Made by a program: the position numbers and the translations under genes
The notes under the pieces: generated by a model
Database searches by the model: none
What the model saw: the letters and a program-made list of their open reading frames with translations, nothing else
What the model was told of the DNA's origin: nothing
In this document: piece after piece, positions 31,889-40,761 of the stretch
Numbering within the stretch: position 1 is the first letter of the stretch
How the letters are laid out: every line of letters starts with the position of its first letter
Assembly (NCBI GenBank): GCA_963719035.1
Contig: CAVRAO010000011.1
Span: 1-64,000, forward strand
Source of the DNA: Methanobacteriota archaeon
GTDB lineage: Archaea; Halobacteriota; Bog-38; Methanoflorentales; Methanoflorentaceae
Direction: 5' to 3'
DNA length: 64,000 nt

Positions 31889-31911
31889 TACTACTTATTG
31901 CAGAAGTATTA
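31889..31911. promoter_or_regulatory. Candidate NikR operator (imperfect inverted repeat TACTACTT-N7-AAGTATTA)
   Basis: 7/8 inverted repeat 20 bp upstream of nikR; assignment to NikR is inference. Confidence 0.35.
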
Positions 31912-31931
31912 CAGATTATACAGTGAGTGAC

Positions 31932-32366
31932 ATGGAACAAGGACTAGTGCGCACGTGTATATCCCTCCCTGAAGGTCTTTTGAGTCAGTTTGACGAGATC
32001 ACAAAAAAGAGGGGGTACTCTTCTCGCTCCGAGGGAATGCGGGACGCCATAAGGAACACTATAGTTCTTTATGAGTGGATGAACCAGGTCGATGGAAAAC
32101 GCTTAGGCGTTATTTCGCTTGTTTATGAGCATCACCAGCGAGGGCTGAGTGATAACTTAGCCAGGATACAGCACGAACACGCGGACTTAATCATATCGTC
32201 CGTCCACATCCACTTGGACCACGGTGACTGCTTAGAGACCGTTATCTTGCAAGGCGAAGGTAAGCGCATTAAGGAGCTCACCGAGACGATAATGGCGCTT
32301 AAGGGCGTCAAATATGTGAAGCTTAATACGATCTCACCTAGCTCCAGCGATCAACAACCCCTATGA
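31932..32366 (+). CDS. nikR: Nickel-responsive regulator NikR
   Basis: RHH R..ISLP..LL.QFD...RGYSSRSE..RDAIR; Ni site YEHH...HIHL...CLE. Confidence 0.93.
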   Translation: MEQGLVRTCISLPEGLLSQFDEITKKRGYSSRSEGMRDAIRNTIVLYEWMNQVDGKRLGVISLVYEHHQRGLSDNLARIQHEHADLIISSVHIHLDHGDCLETVILQGEGKRIKELTETIMALKGVKYVKLNTISPSSSDQQPL

Positions 32367-33298
32367 TACCTGAGTGGATGAAAGAGGTCGAGCCGTGCAA
32401 TTGTGACGCCGTTAGCGTAGAGAAGAAAAAGAGTTTTGTGGAAAAGACGATTTCTGGCATCCTCAATTTTTTTGAGGAGACTATGATCTCTGAGAGTTAT
32501 ATAAAACGAAACGGTTTCTTACAAAGCATCGATCCTCGGGTGAAGTTGATCTCTTTGCTTATTTTGATTCTCGCCGTTAGCATGACTCGAGTTATCGAGG
32601 TATTAGTTATCGTTTATATGTTGACCTTGGCCCTTGCAGTTGCGAGCAAGATAGACTTACTCTTTTTTATCAAACGCGTGTGGGTCTTCGTTCCTATATT
32701 TGCTGGTGTCATAATGATTCCGGTTATATTCAACGTCTTTTTACCTGGCGATAATCTAGTAACAATCGCTACTTTTGGCAATGGCACATACGTCGGGCCC
32801 ATTCTTCTGCCAAGTTCAATCTATATCACTCAACAGGGAACGATTACTGCCGCTAGGTTTATTTTGCGAGTAGCTACGTGTGTCTCAATCACAGTGTTGT
32901 TGGTCCTTACAACAAAGCGCGACGTCCTTTTCAAGTCGCTCAGATCACTTTACGTTCCAAAAGTCTACGTTCTGACGTTCGACATGTGCTATAGGTACAT
33001 CTTCTTTCTCATGGACGCCATCCGGGATTTTTTCACGGCCAAAAAGAGCAGGACAGTTACGACGTTACCATTGCGCGAAGAACAAAAATGGGTGGCCGGG
33101 CGTATTGGCTATATGCTTGTGAAATCGCTGGATACTAGTGAGCGGGTGCACAAAGCAATGCTCTCCCGCGGCTTTGATGGCGATGTGAAACTCATGCACG
33201 ACTACGCGATACAAAAGAGAGATTACGCAACGATCGTAAGCTTCGCTATGTTTAGCGTGGTTCTAATCCTCATCGCCCAGAACGTCATTAAGATCTAA
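32363..33298 (+). CDS. cbiQ: Ni/Co ECF transporter T component
   Basis: LQSIDPRVKL, YRYIF, SERVHKAMLSRGFDG. Confidence 0.9.
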   Translation: MIPEWMKEVEPCNCDAVSVEKKKSFVEKTISGILNFFEETMISESYIKRNGFLQSIDPRVKLISLLILILAVSMTRVIEVLVIVYMLTLALAVASKIDLLFFIKRVWVFVPIFAGVIMIPVIFNVFLPGDNLVTIATFGNGTYVGPILLPSSIYITQQGTITAARFILRVATCVSITVLLVLTTKRDVLFKSLRSLYVPKVYVLTFDMCYRYIFFLMDAIRDFFTAKKSRTVTTLPLREEQKWVAGRIGYMLVKSLDTSERVHKAMLSRGFDGDVKLMHDYAIQKRDYATIVSFAMFSVVLILIAQNVIKI

Positions 33299-33319
33299 CT
33301 GTCATCGCGAGGATACTTT

Positions 33320-34162
33320 ATGGAGACAATCTTCGATTTACAAAACGTCTCATACACCTATTTGGAAAAGTTCGAAGCACTGAAGGATGTGAACTTGACG
33401 ATGACTGAGGGTGAGCAGATCGTGGTAGTGGGAGCGAACGGCAGCGGAAAATCTACCCTCCTCTCTATACTAGCTGCGCTGATCTTCCCGACAGCCGGTG
33501 AGTTCTATGCGTTCGGCAACGCGGTCAAAGAGGAAGGTTTCAACTCGCTTGACGGTAATGAGTTCGGCCGCTATTTCAGAAAAAACGTAGGTTTCGTGTT
33601 TCAAAACCCAGACATACAGCTATTTTGCTCCACCGTCTTTGATGAGATCGCCTTTGGGCCACTACAACTAGATATGCCACTAGAGGAAGTAAAAAGCCGA
33701 ACCGAAGAGATCATGTCGCTAATGGGGCTCTCTGGCTTAAGGGACCGAGCGCCTCACACGCTTAGCGGGGGTGAGAAAAAGAAGGTCTGCATTGCCTCGA
33801 TACTCTCTGTTAATCCCGATGTGTTGCTGCTAGACGAGCCTACTGCAGGATTAGACCCGCGCAGTCAATTGTGGTTCATTGAGCTTCTCCAGGATCTCGC
33901 TAAAGCTGGTAAAACGGTCATTACGGCTACTCACGATCTTGACATTATTGAACAGATAAGCACAAGGGCTATTGTCTTCGGTGAGGACCACACGATAAAA
34001 GCTGACTCTGATTGTGTTGCAGTAATGAACGATGTAGAACTATTACTCTCCACAAACCTGCTTCACGAACATATGCATCGGCACGCTACGCTAATGCACG
34101 ACCATCTACACAAGATCGATGCAGCGCATCACGACGAGGCTGATCATTATAACGAGGACTAA
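33320..34162 (+). CDS. cbiO: Ni/Co ECF transporter ATPase with His-rich tail
   Basis: GANGSGKST, FQNPD, LSGGEKK, LDEPTAGLDP; C-terminal HEHMHRH...H. Confidence 0.92.
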   Translation: METIFDLQNVSYTYLEKFEALKDVNLTMTEGEQIVVVGANGSGKSTLLSILAALIFPTAGEFYAFGNAVKEEGFNSLDGNEFGRYFRKNVGFVFQNPDIQLFCSTVFDEIAFGPLQLDMPLEEVKSRTEEIMSLMGLSGLRDRAPHTLSGGEKKKVCIASILSVNPDVLLLDEPTAGLDPRSQLWFIELLQDLAKAGKTVITATHDLDIIEQISTRAIVFGEDHTIKADSDCVAVMNDVELLLSTNLLHEHMHRHATLMHDHLHKIDAAHHDEADHYNED

Positions 34163-34475
34163 AAAAGGCATCCTCTTGTAAAAGAATGAAGGTAGACATC
34201 CCTGGAAGCCTTAATTCATGAATAAACTAAAATAAACACTCTGAATTATTCCCTCACCCCGCTACTGGTAGCACGTTTCGTCGCCGGGTAGTAGCTCCAA
34301 TGGTATCTGGTTCGGGTGTATATCGCAGATTATATTCCCAATTAGATTTCAGCGATAGTGACGCATTTGTTACAAATTGAGGGGGTCATGAGATGAAGCG
34401 TGGGTCCTGTTGTTGTTTGTTTCGAGTGCTCTACTCGATTACGTAAAAAAAGAAAAGAAGAAACAACGAGCCTAC

Positions 34476-34811
34476 TTATAGCCCGCTGTTTTTTGAACTA
34501 CCACGCACTAGAGCTTTTCCAAGGAGCCATAACAAAACTCCACAGACTATGACTCCTATGATCGCTGACAGCCAATACCCCACGCTAATGCCTAGGAACT
34601 CTTCTCCGAGAGCCTCTAAAGCATAGTCTGGTATAGGCGCTGTCCATGTGCTAGCAAGGCTTTCAAGGCCTGTTGGGATAAACCCAACCTCTTCTTCAAG
34701 TTCCTCAATCCCCCACTCGCCAAAAGCAGTTCCGACCGCAAGCAGGCCGAGGGGGACGAGTAAGATCAGTATAGCAAGCCCTATTAGCAAATTCCTAAGA
34801 AGCTTGTCCAT
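34476..34811 (-). CDS. PDGLE-domain Ni/Co ECF accessory component (NikN-like)
   Basis: LVPLGLLA.GTAFGEWG, APIPDY, two TM segments; follows the CbiM/NikM gene. Confidence 0.85.
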   Translation of the reverse strand: MDKLLRNLLIGLAILILLVPLGLLAVGTAFGEWGIEELEEEVGFIPTGLESLASTWTAPIPDYALEALGEEFLGISVGYWLSAIIGVIVCGVLLWLLGKALVRGSSKNSGL

Positions 34812-34822
34812 TGGTCTCCCTC

Positions 34823-35545
34823 CTATGCTGGCGCCGGAGGCGCAGCGGACCTTATTTTATCTTGTCCTCCTTTATAGTCGAAGATGATTGTAGGATCATA
34901 GCGAGCTATGTAAGCAAACGCTAGTGCCGTTATTATTGCTTCGACAAAGCAGAACAGAACCAGATGTTCGATCATCATAGCCGGGATCGTAACATCAAGC
35001 CCGTAGGGCATATATAAGGGCACACCGTCTGCACCGGTGTGAAGTGCAGGTTGTATGCCGAGCTCAAGGGCTGTGAAGAACGCGCCGGCGGCGAGGGCTA
35101 CGTATCCGCCAACTCCAGCAGCTAGTGTTCTTGTATTTGACGTAATCTCTGTTTTTCCGCTGATAAACTTATACACATAATACGCGAGGAACGGCATGAC
35201 AAACGCCATGTTGAAGCAGTTCGCTCCTATAGCTGTGATCCCCCCATCGCCGAAAAGCAACGCTTGCATAATGAGCGCAACGCTAACGGTTACGACCGCT
35301 ACCCAAGGCCCTAATATAATCGCGATAAGTGCACTGCCTACAGCGTGTCCAGTGCTCCCGCCTACGATGGGCACGTTGAACATCATGATAACGAAGGAAA
35401 ACGCGGCTGCTAGCGCAAGGTATGGTATTTGTCTGTCTTTGAGGTTGTTTTTAAGCCAATACCCTGCATAGAGCCAAATCGGGATCATAACGACCCATAG
35501 AATTCCGTACGTTATCGGTCCGATATATCCGTCTGGTATATGCAA
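34823..35545 (-). CDS. cbiM: Ni/Co ECF S component (CbiM/NikM)
   Basis: N-terminal MHIPDG, GGSTGHAVG, QALLFGDGG..GAN; TTG start after GGTGAT. Confidence 0.93.
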   Translation of the reverse strand: MHIPDGYIGPITYGILWVVMIPIWLYAGYWLKNNLKDRQIPYLALAAAFSFVIMMFNVPIVGGSTGHAVGSALIAIILGPWVAVVTVSVALIMQALLFGDGGITAIGANCFNMAFVMPFLAYYVYKFISGKTEITSNTRTLAAGVGGYVALAAGAFFTALELGIQPALHTGADGVPLYMPYGLDVTIPAMMIEHLVLFCFVEAIITALAFAYIARYDPTIIFDYKGGQDKIRSAAPPAPA

Positions 35546-35898
35546 TTAAATCACCAAAAAAGTAATAAAAAGGAAGTTATAAAAAGCTATCGAATCGTAG
35601 CACAAAGTGTATCTTGTTTGATAAAAACGTAATAATATATTAGACTAAAAATCGGGTCTACACGAATACGCTATGTTTGTGGAATCTCAAAAGATGAAGA
35701 GAGCAAGTCTAAGGTCATTTTAATAGACCCAGTTAAGCTAGCGTCAATTGATTAAAAGAAGTAATTAACTCAGTCCGTTCACTTTAGCACAGCAATACTC
35801 AATAGTAACGACCACCGCTCACCTCATTGATTTCTTTGAACGCTATAAGCGATAGAGTTCATTGCCATAGGATTAAATATGGGTGTTGGGCTTAGTCA

Positions 35899-36110
35899 TG
35901 CGCATGCTAAAAGCACGGAGCAAAATGCGGAAATCAAAGAACAAGGCTTACATTTACGTTCCTATGGCGATTGTTCTTGACGAGCAGTTCCCCTTCAAAA
36001 CTCACACAGACCCTGAGATGGTAGAGGTCGAAATCTCTATACAAAAGGGCGGATTAACGATTAAACCCATTGAACAGTCTATTCGTGATGATGCCTTAAT
36101 GTATGACTAA
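35899..36110 (+). CDS. Small AbrB/MazE-like (swapped-hairpin) protein, paralog A
   Basis: RKSKNKAYIYVPMAIVLDEQFPF...VEISIQKGGLTIKP; clear paralog at 39201-39428. Fold assignment is inferred from the beta-P-helix-beta pattern. The exact start codon is uncertain (GTG 35883 or a downstream ATG). Confidence 0.65.
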
Positions 36111-36224
36111 CACGTCTTCCACCTTCTCCAACAAACGTACGTGGTTACAAACCAGTCGGCTGAATTTGTCTAAAAAGCTTACACTAGACACAATCACTTT
36201 GAAGCTTAGATCTTTTTTAACAAA

Positions 36225-36274
36225 TCTATTAGAAGTCTAATAATTGCTTGTTAGATTTCCATTAGACTTAAATA
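36225..36274 (+). promoter_or_regulatory. 11-bp-phased TCTAWTAGA array abutting TATA box TTAAATA
   Basis: 9-mers at 36225, 36236, 36247 and 36258; AAGTCTAAT-N19-ATTAGACTT at 36233-36269. Confidence 0.65.
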
Positions 36275-36294
36275 CAAAAAGAACAATTATGATG

Positions 36295-36415
36295 CGGCAA
36301 GTATCCCTCCTAAAGAGATCACCGATTGGCCAAACGTAATTGGTGCTTCGCGTGCGTGCTGGGATCCTCCTTTAATCCCAGCACTTGGAGCGATATGTGT
36401 CTCATAATCTTTTTT
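36295..36415 (+). ncRNA. Putative sRNA A with anti-SD loop hairpin
   Basis: Upstream TATA, perfect 10-bp stem GTGCTGGGAT/ATCCCAGCAC (36356-36384) with loop CCTCCTTTA, second hairpin 36320-36345, T6 at 36410-36415, no ORF in the track. Confidence 0.5.
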
Positions 36416-36632
36416 GAACACTTACTTACCCCTTGATAATATGCCTTCGCGCAGGACAGATAGTTGAAATAAGGACATTATCGCGCAAAGACCTGTTACA
36501 GCCCGCTTCCCTCTCTTCGATGAGTTTAAATCCCGTAGCGAACACTTGAATCACGATTAAAAAAATTACAGTTGGGGACCGTAACTTCAGAATTAGACAT
36601 TTCTATACGCTAGATGGAGGGCACATCATTTG

Positions 36633-37445
36633 ATGGACAAATGGGATCCCGAGGACTATTCTAAACATTCATATTCACAATATGCGTTCGCCTTGGGACT
36701 AGTAGGAAGGCTCGGGCTTCTTGGTAACGAGCGCATTTTGGATATTGGTTGTGGTGATGGGAAGATAACCGCTAAGCTTGCTGCATGTGTGCCAAACGGG
36801 TCTGTCGTTGGCATTGATTCCTCTGCTGACATGATCGCCTTTGCTAAAAACATGTTCCCGCCGTCAGAACATCCAAACCTCCTATTTCGCTGTGGGGACG
36901 CCGCGAAGCTCAAGTTTTGCCAGGAATTCGACCTTGTTGTGTCCTTTGCCTGTCTCCACTGGACTGATGACCTAGTGACGGTATTTCAAGGTATTAAACA
37001 GAGTCTCGCGCCAGGCGGTCGGTTTGCGGCTCAGCTCATGGTGAAGCGACTTACCACAGAAAAGAGAAGCGGGTCTCCGTTGCACCAAGCACGAAGAGAG
37101 GTTATAGATCGCCCCGCTTGGAGAGCGTATTTTCAGGGTTTCGAGAGGCAAGGGACGGTTTACCGTGCCGATGAATACGAAAGGATTCTGCGCGAAGCCG
37201 AGTTCGTCCCGCGCCGAATCGAGTTCGTTACGGAAGATGTGACACACCCCGGAACAGACGCACTAAAGGGGTGCGCACGAGCCACATGGCACCGGTATAC
37301 TAACCGAATTCCGGTCGAGCGCCGCCCCGCCTTTCTTGATGAGGTCGTGCAGCGCTTTATTGAGTTGCACCCTCCTGATCGCAACGGGCAGATACATGTT
37401 CGTGGGAATATATTAGAGGTCGAAGCCACGATAGCAAACAAATGA
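36633..37445 (+). CDS. Class I SAM methyltransferase (trans-aconitate methyltransferase-like)
   Basis: WDPEDY, ILDIGCGDGKIT, GIDSSADMI, FDLVVSFACLHW. Confidence 0.88.
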   Translation: MDKWDPEDYSKHSYSQYAFALGLVGRLGLLGNERILDIGCGDGKITAKLAACVPNGSVVGIDSSADMIAFAKNMFPPSEHPNLLFRCGDAAKLKFCQEFDLVVSFACLHWTDDLVTVFQGIKQSLAPGGRFAAQLMVKRLTTEKRSGSPLHQARREVIDRPAWRAYFQGFERQGTVYRADEYERILREAEFVPRRIEFVTEDVTHPGTDALKGCARATWHRYTNRIPVERRPAFLDEVVQRFIELHPPDRNGQIHVRGNILEVEATIANK

Positions 37446-37531
37446 CTGTTTGCCGCCCTTCTGTTATATGAAGAATTTTGGTGCTATAGCGCTATGATAA
37501 GTGGTTGACGATCAAACCTTCTATGTTGCTT

Positions 37532-38344
37532 TTAGAGCTTACTTACGGTTTTACTGATCAGGACTGAGGTGTTGTTTACCTTGCCTGTCGGTAGCACCCT
37601 CCCCGACTCGTGAAACCCAGCCAAATCCTCTGCGGTCACCGTCGGATACAGGATCGCCCGCATGCCACTGTAAGTCCGATAAAGGATTTTAGTTTCCGTC
37701 GAGACAACACTGCGGACATTCGTAAAGACTCGATTTTTTGGCTCTGCAGACGCCCCTACAATAACCCCATCATACTTCAAATCCGCCAATGCAGATTCAT
37801 CGCCACATACCACTTCAATCGACGAGCTAAACCCTAGTTTATCGAGAACCTGTCTTGAAAGGTCCGCAATTTGTGGGACAAGTTCGAGGCTGATCCCTTC
37901 CACTCCATAGTGCGTATTGAGCAGCATTGACGTTAAGGGCACTGATCCCCCGCCAATGAACACCACCCGATCCCCTGCTGAGAAGGCTGCTAGCAGTACC
38001 TCGTTGCCAACTAAGGTTAGGTAGCGGTTGTAGTAATGGAACGATTCAACCTCTGCCCACGGGTCATCAGCTATCAGTATATCACGAGCGTTCTGAGTTT
38101 CAAGACGAGTGCCCACTGCAACGTAGAACGCTCGAATGACCTTTAAAGCCTCACTAATTCGTTCATCGTTAAGGATAAGCTGCGCCGATACAAAGTTGAT
38201 CTCCATGTCTTGCGCAATTACTTCGATCGCATCAAGCAGCGGGATGATCTTATCTAACGGCTGGCGTTCAAGATCGTCACCGTCATACTTGCTCAACTCA
38301 TCGGCTATTGCAGAGATTTTGACATAGTAATCGTTACGTTTCAT
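37532..38344 (-). CDS. Nicotianamine synthase-like protein (copy 1)
   Basis: F.YY.RY..L..NE, VFIGGGSVPLT, AEPK.RVF, YRTYSGMRAILY, LPTGKVNNTSV as in methanogen NAS-like proteins. Confidence 0.85.
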   Translation of the reverse strand: MKRNDYYVKISAIADELSKYDGDDLERQPLDKIIPLLDAIEVIAQDMEINFVSAQLILNDERISEALKVIRAFYVAVGTRLETQNARDILIADDPWAEVESFHYYNRYLTLVGNEVLLAAFSAGDRVVFIGGGSVPLTSMLLNTHYGVEGISLELVPQIADLSRQVLDKLGFSSSIEVVCGDESALADLKYDGVIVGASAEPKNRVFTNVRSVVSTETKILYRTYSGMRAILYPTVTAEDLAGFHESGRVLPTGKVNNTSVLISKTVSKL

Positions 38345-38742
38345 AGAATCTTCGGCAACAGTTTTCACAAGTCGCGGTTCAGATACAACCGCTCGGTATG
38401 TAGTGTCGACTTTGCTGATAACAGACATTAAGGTTACGTTTCAACCTCTAGTGCTCACCGTGTCCATCAGACGATTCGCCACACAATAATCGTTCCTCGC
38501 GATGTCTTGACGACGGAAAACATATTTGACGTAAATGGTGTCCGCACAACATTGGTTGACGGTAGGCCGGGAGTTGCATTGTTCCTTTGATGTCTGCTGA
38601 GTGATGGCAAATCTTGAGGAGATCCTGAGGGTACCTCTAGGGCCCTCTCAAGCGTATCCGTTAGTCTTGCCATTTTTAATCGAGTTAGGCGGCGTGCGAA
38701 CGCTCGGACAGTGGTTAGAAATCAAAAAGCAGTCGCCTGAGT

Positions 38743-38852
38743 AAAAAAACGAAACAATTTCGTGGACGGATATACTTTGGTTCATAAACGGACGTGCTGG
38801 GAAAAAGAGGTGAAACGCCCAGCACATATATTCCCTACTATAGACAGAGGCT
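38743..38852 (-). ncRNA. Putative sRNA B with anti-SD loop hairpin (paralog of sRNA A)
   Basis: Minus-strand TATA TTAAGTA (38880-38874), stem GTGCTGGG/CCCAGCAC (38794-38825) with loop CGTTTCACCTCTTTTT, T7 at 38749-38743. Confidence 0.5.
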
Positions 38853-38873
38853 AACATAACTCAATGAACCTTA

Positions 38874-38917
38874 TACTTAAGTCTATTGGAATATTTTTAG
38901 AATTCTTATAGACTTAA
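38874..38917 (-). promoter_or_regulatory. 11-bp-phased TCTAWTAGA-like array abutting TATA box
   Basis: 9-mers at 38882, 38893 and 38904; TTAAGTCTAT...ATAGACTTAA inverted repeat with the same 37-bp core span as the other two arrays. Confidence 0.65.
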
Positions 38918-39200
38918 CTGTATAGAAACCGTGGTGAGCAAAGCAACTTCATACTCATTTGCGTTCTATGTGTTAAGTGGTTCCCATAAGTTGGATGGAG
39001 TGCTAAGATATGTGGACATCAAACAAACTGGAAGTAAGTGTAGTGAGCATAGCCGTACCCCTGGCTATGTGTAGCGCTGGGTGCAACTCACAATCATCAT
39101 CAAGAGAACGAACGAGACGACCAGTAGTATCGTTGAGACTAATCAATCGCCTGGTGACCATAATGGGAGGAATCCAGTAATAGAAAAACAAGCGGCAAGT

Positions 39201-39428
39201 TTAGGAGTCGTAGAGGGACTGAATATCGTCGACTATCGGCGGACGTGGACTTAATGGGCTTATAATCAAACTTCCTTCACTAATCGCAAGTTCTACGTCG
39301 AGTCGTTCCGGCATTTCCGACCCATCACTTAACCGGAACGGAAATCGCTCATCCATCAAAATCGTCATCGGTATGTCCAAAAACGCGCTGTTCTTGGATC
39401 GCCTTATGGTACTTATCGTGCCAATCAT
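39201..39428 (-). CDS. Small AbrB/MazE-like protein, paralog B
   Basis: RRSKNSAFLDIPMTILMDERFPF...VELAISEGSLIISP aligns with paralog A; both end in DD...YD. Confidence 0.65.
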   Translation of the reverse strand: MIGTISTIRRSKNSAFLDIPMTILMDERFPFRLSDGSEMPERLDVELAISEGSLIISPLSPRPPIVDDIQSLYDS

Positions 39429-39451
39429 AAGAAATGAGGTACACTGGATGT

Positions 39452-39493
39452 TATTTAAGTCTAATGGTTGTCTAATAGAATTCTATTAGGCTT
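39452..39493 (-). promoter_or_regulatory. 11-bp-phased TCTAWTAGA array abutting the TATA box of paralog B
   Basis: 9-mers at 39460, 39471 and 39482; AAGTCTAAT-N19-ATTAGGCTT at 39457-39493; TTAAATA about 25 nt upstream of ATG 39428. Confidence 0.7.
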
Positions 39494-39649
39494 TAAGGTC
39501 TGCCCTTTCACATTCGGGGTGACGTCGAACAGTTCTGACGCGATTCTCTGTTTGGAACGATAATCAGATTTAATTCAGATATTGCTTGAAGCACGTAGGT
39601 CATATAGTGGAAAAACACAACTGCAACTAGGTATTTGATTGTACGCTCT

Positions 39650-40623
39650 ATGGATACTAGCTACCTCTATGCACTCAAAAACTGCGCGCTGTGTGAGTGG
39701 AAATGCAACGTCGATAGGCTAAATGGTGAACGGGGGGTATGTCGCGTTGGACTACCAGAAATAGCGTATACGAGCTTTGCGCAGGTTCTCAAGAGCTATT
39801 CGATCACCTTCTTGGATGTTGCTTTCGGTGCATATACTGCAATGCATACCGCATCTCACAATACCCGATGCAGGCTGGCTCTATCGGGGATATCGGAGCC
39901 GGAAAACGTCGCAACCGAAGTTCGCAGGGCCTTAGACACCAAAACTGCACAGGAAATTGGGATTCATCGGCTCAGCTTCACTGGCGGAGAAGCGTCAATC
40001 CACATCCTATCTCGAGGCAGCAGTCGATAAAACGAAAGAAGTAATCCCAGACGTCGCAGTAGGCGTTGCGACAAATGGGTTTTCAACACCACATACGCTA
40101 AAACGGCTGTTGGCCATCGCTTCATACCTAAATTTTGAAATTAAGGCGTTTGATGACTCGGTGCATGGGTTACTGACCGGGGCCCCGTCAAACCAGTGTT
40201 GCGCAATGTGGAGTTCGTCATGACGCGGCACTCAGGAAAAATTCGGGTGATTCGCTCGGTTGCGACCTGGCATCACCGATGCAGAGGTGCCGAAGATGCT
40301 GAGTTCATCAGAGATACCAACCTGACATACGGTATCGACTCATTGGATTTAGGCCAAGTTACATCTTATAACCATCCGGGCCACGAAGCGCATGATGGAA
40401 AAACTTGTAGGTCGTGCAAGGACTTAGGAATAAAACGGATGGACATCTCACCATTATATCAAGGAAGGGGCTGCACGTGAGAGCAACTCCACAGCAACTT
40501 GCAGCAAACTACTTAAGACACGCTGGATGCGTTACTGAGCCGAGAGATTGCGGTTCCTGCGCCGTGAAGAACAACTGCTCGGCAACGCTTATAGAGCCTT
40601 GGATGGTAAAGCTTTCCAGCTGA
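39650..40623 (+). pseudogene. Radical SAM protein (PFL-activase-like) with multiple frameshifts
   Basis: CALCEWKC..DRL.GERGVC, CCFRCIYC (CxxxCxxC), SFTGGE, ATNGF, NFEIKAF, C-terminal RDCGSC...C spread over at least 5 frames. Confidence 0.75.
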
Positions 40624-40761
40624 GGTTATAAGCCACAAAGATCGCGAAAACTGTGACGTGCTTACCGTTGATAAGAAGCAGTTAAGATCCGCGAAAGGTC
40701 GCTTGCGAGATAACAAGAGTGTTGGTGTCAGGAGTGCAGACTTGCGCAAAGGAGACGCTTT

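Noticed and set aside
35765-35815. VTIEYC as a SelW/Rdx selenoprotein start
   Set aside because: No in-frame CxxU/CxxC and no continuation of the fold in any frame.
36515-36550. GAGTTTAAATCCC as a tRNA T-arm / att site
   Set aside because: No cloverleaf or acceptor stem and no integrase.
38648-38857. 69-aa ORF overlapping putative sRNA B
   Set aside because: No recognisable features, no counterpart at sRNA A, and it runs through the T7 terminator-like tract; leaderless translation is not formally excluded.
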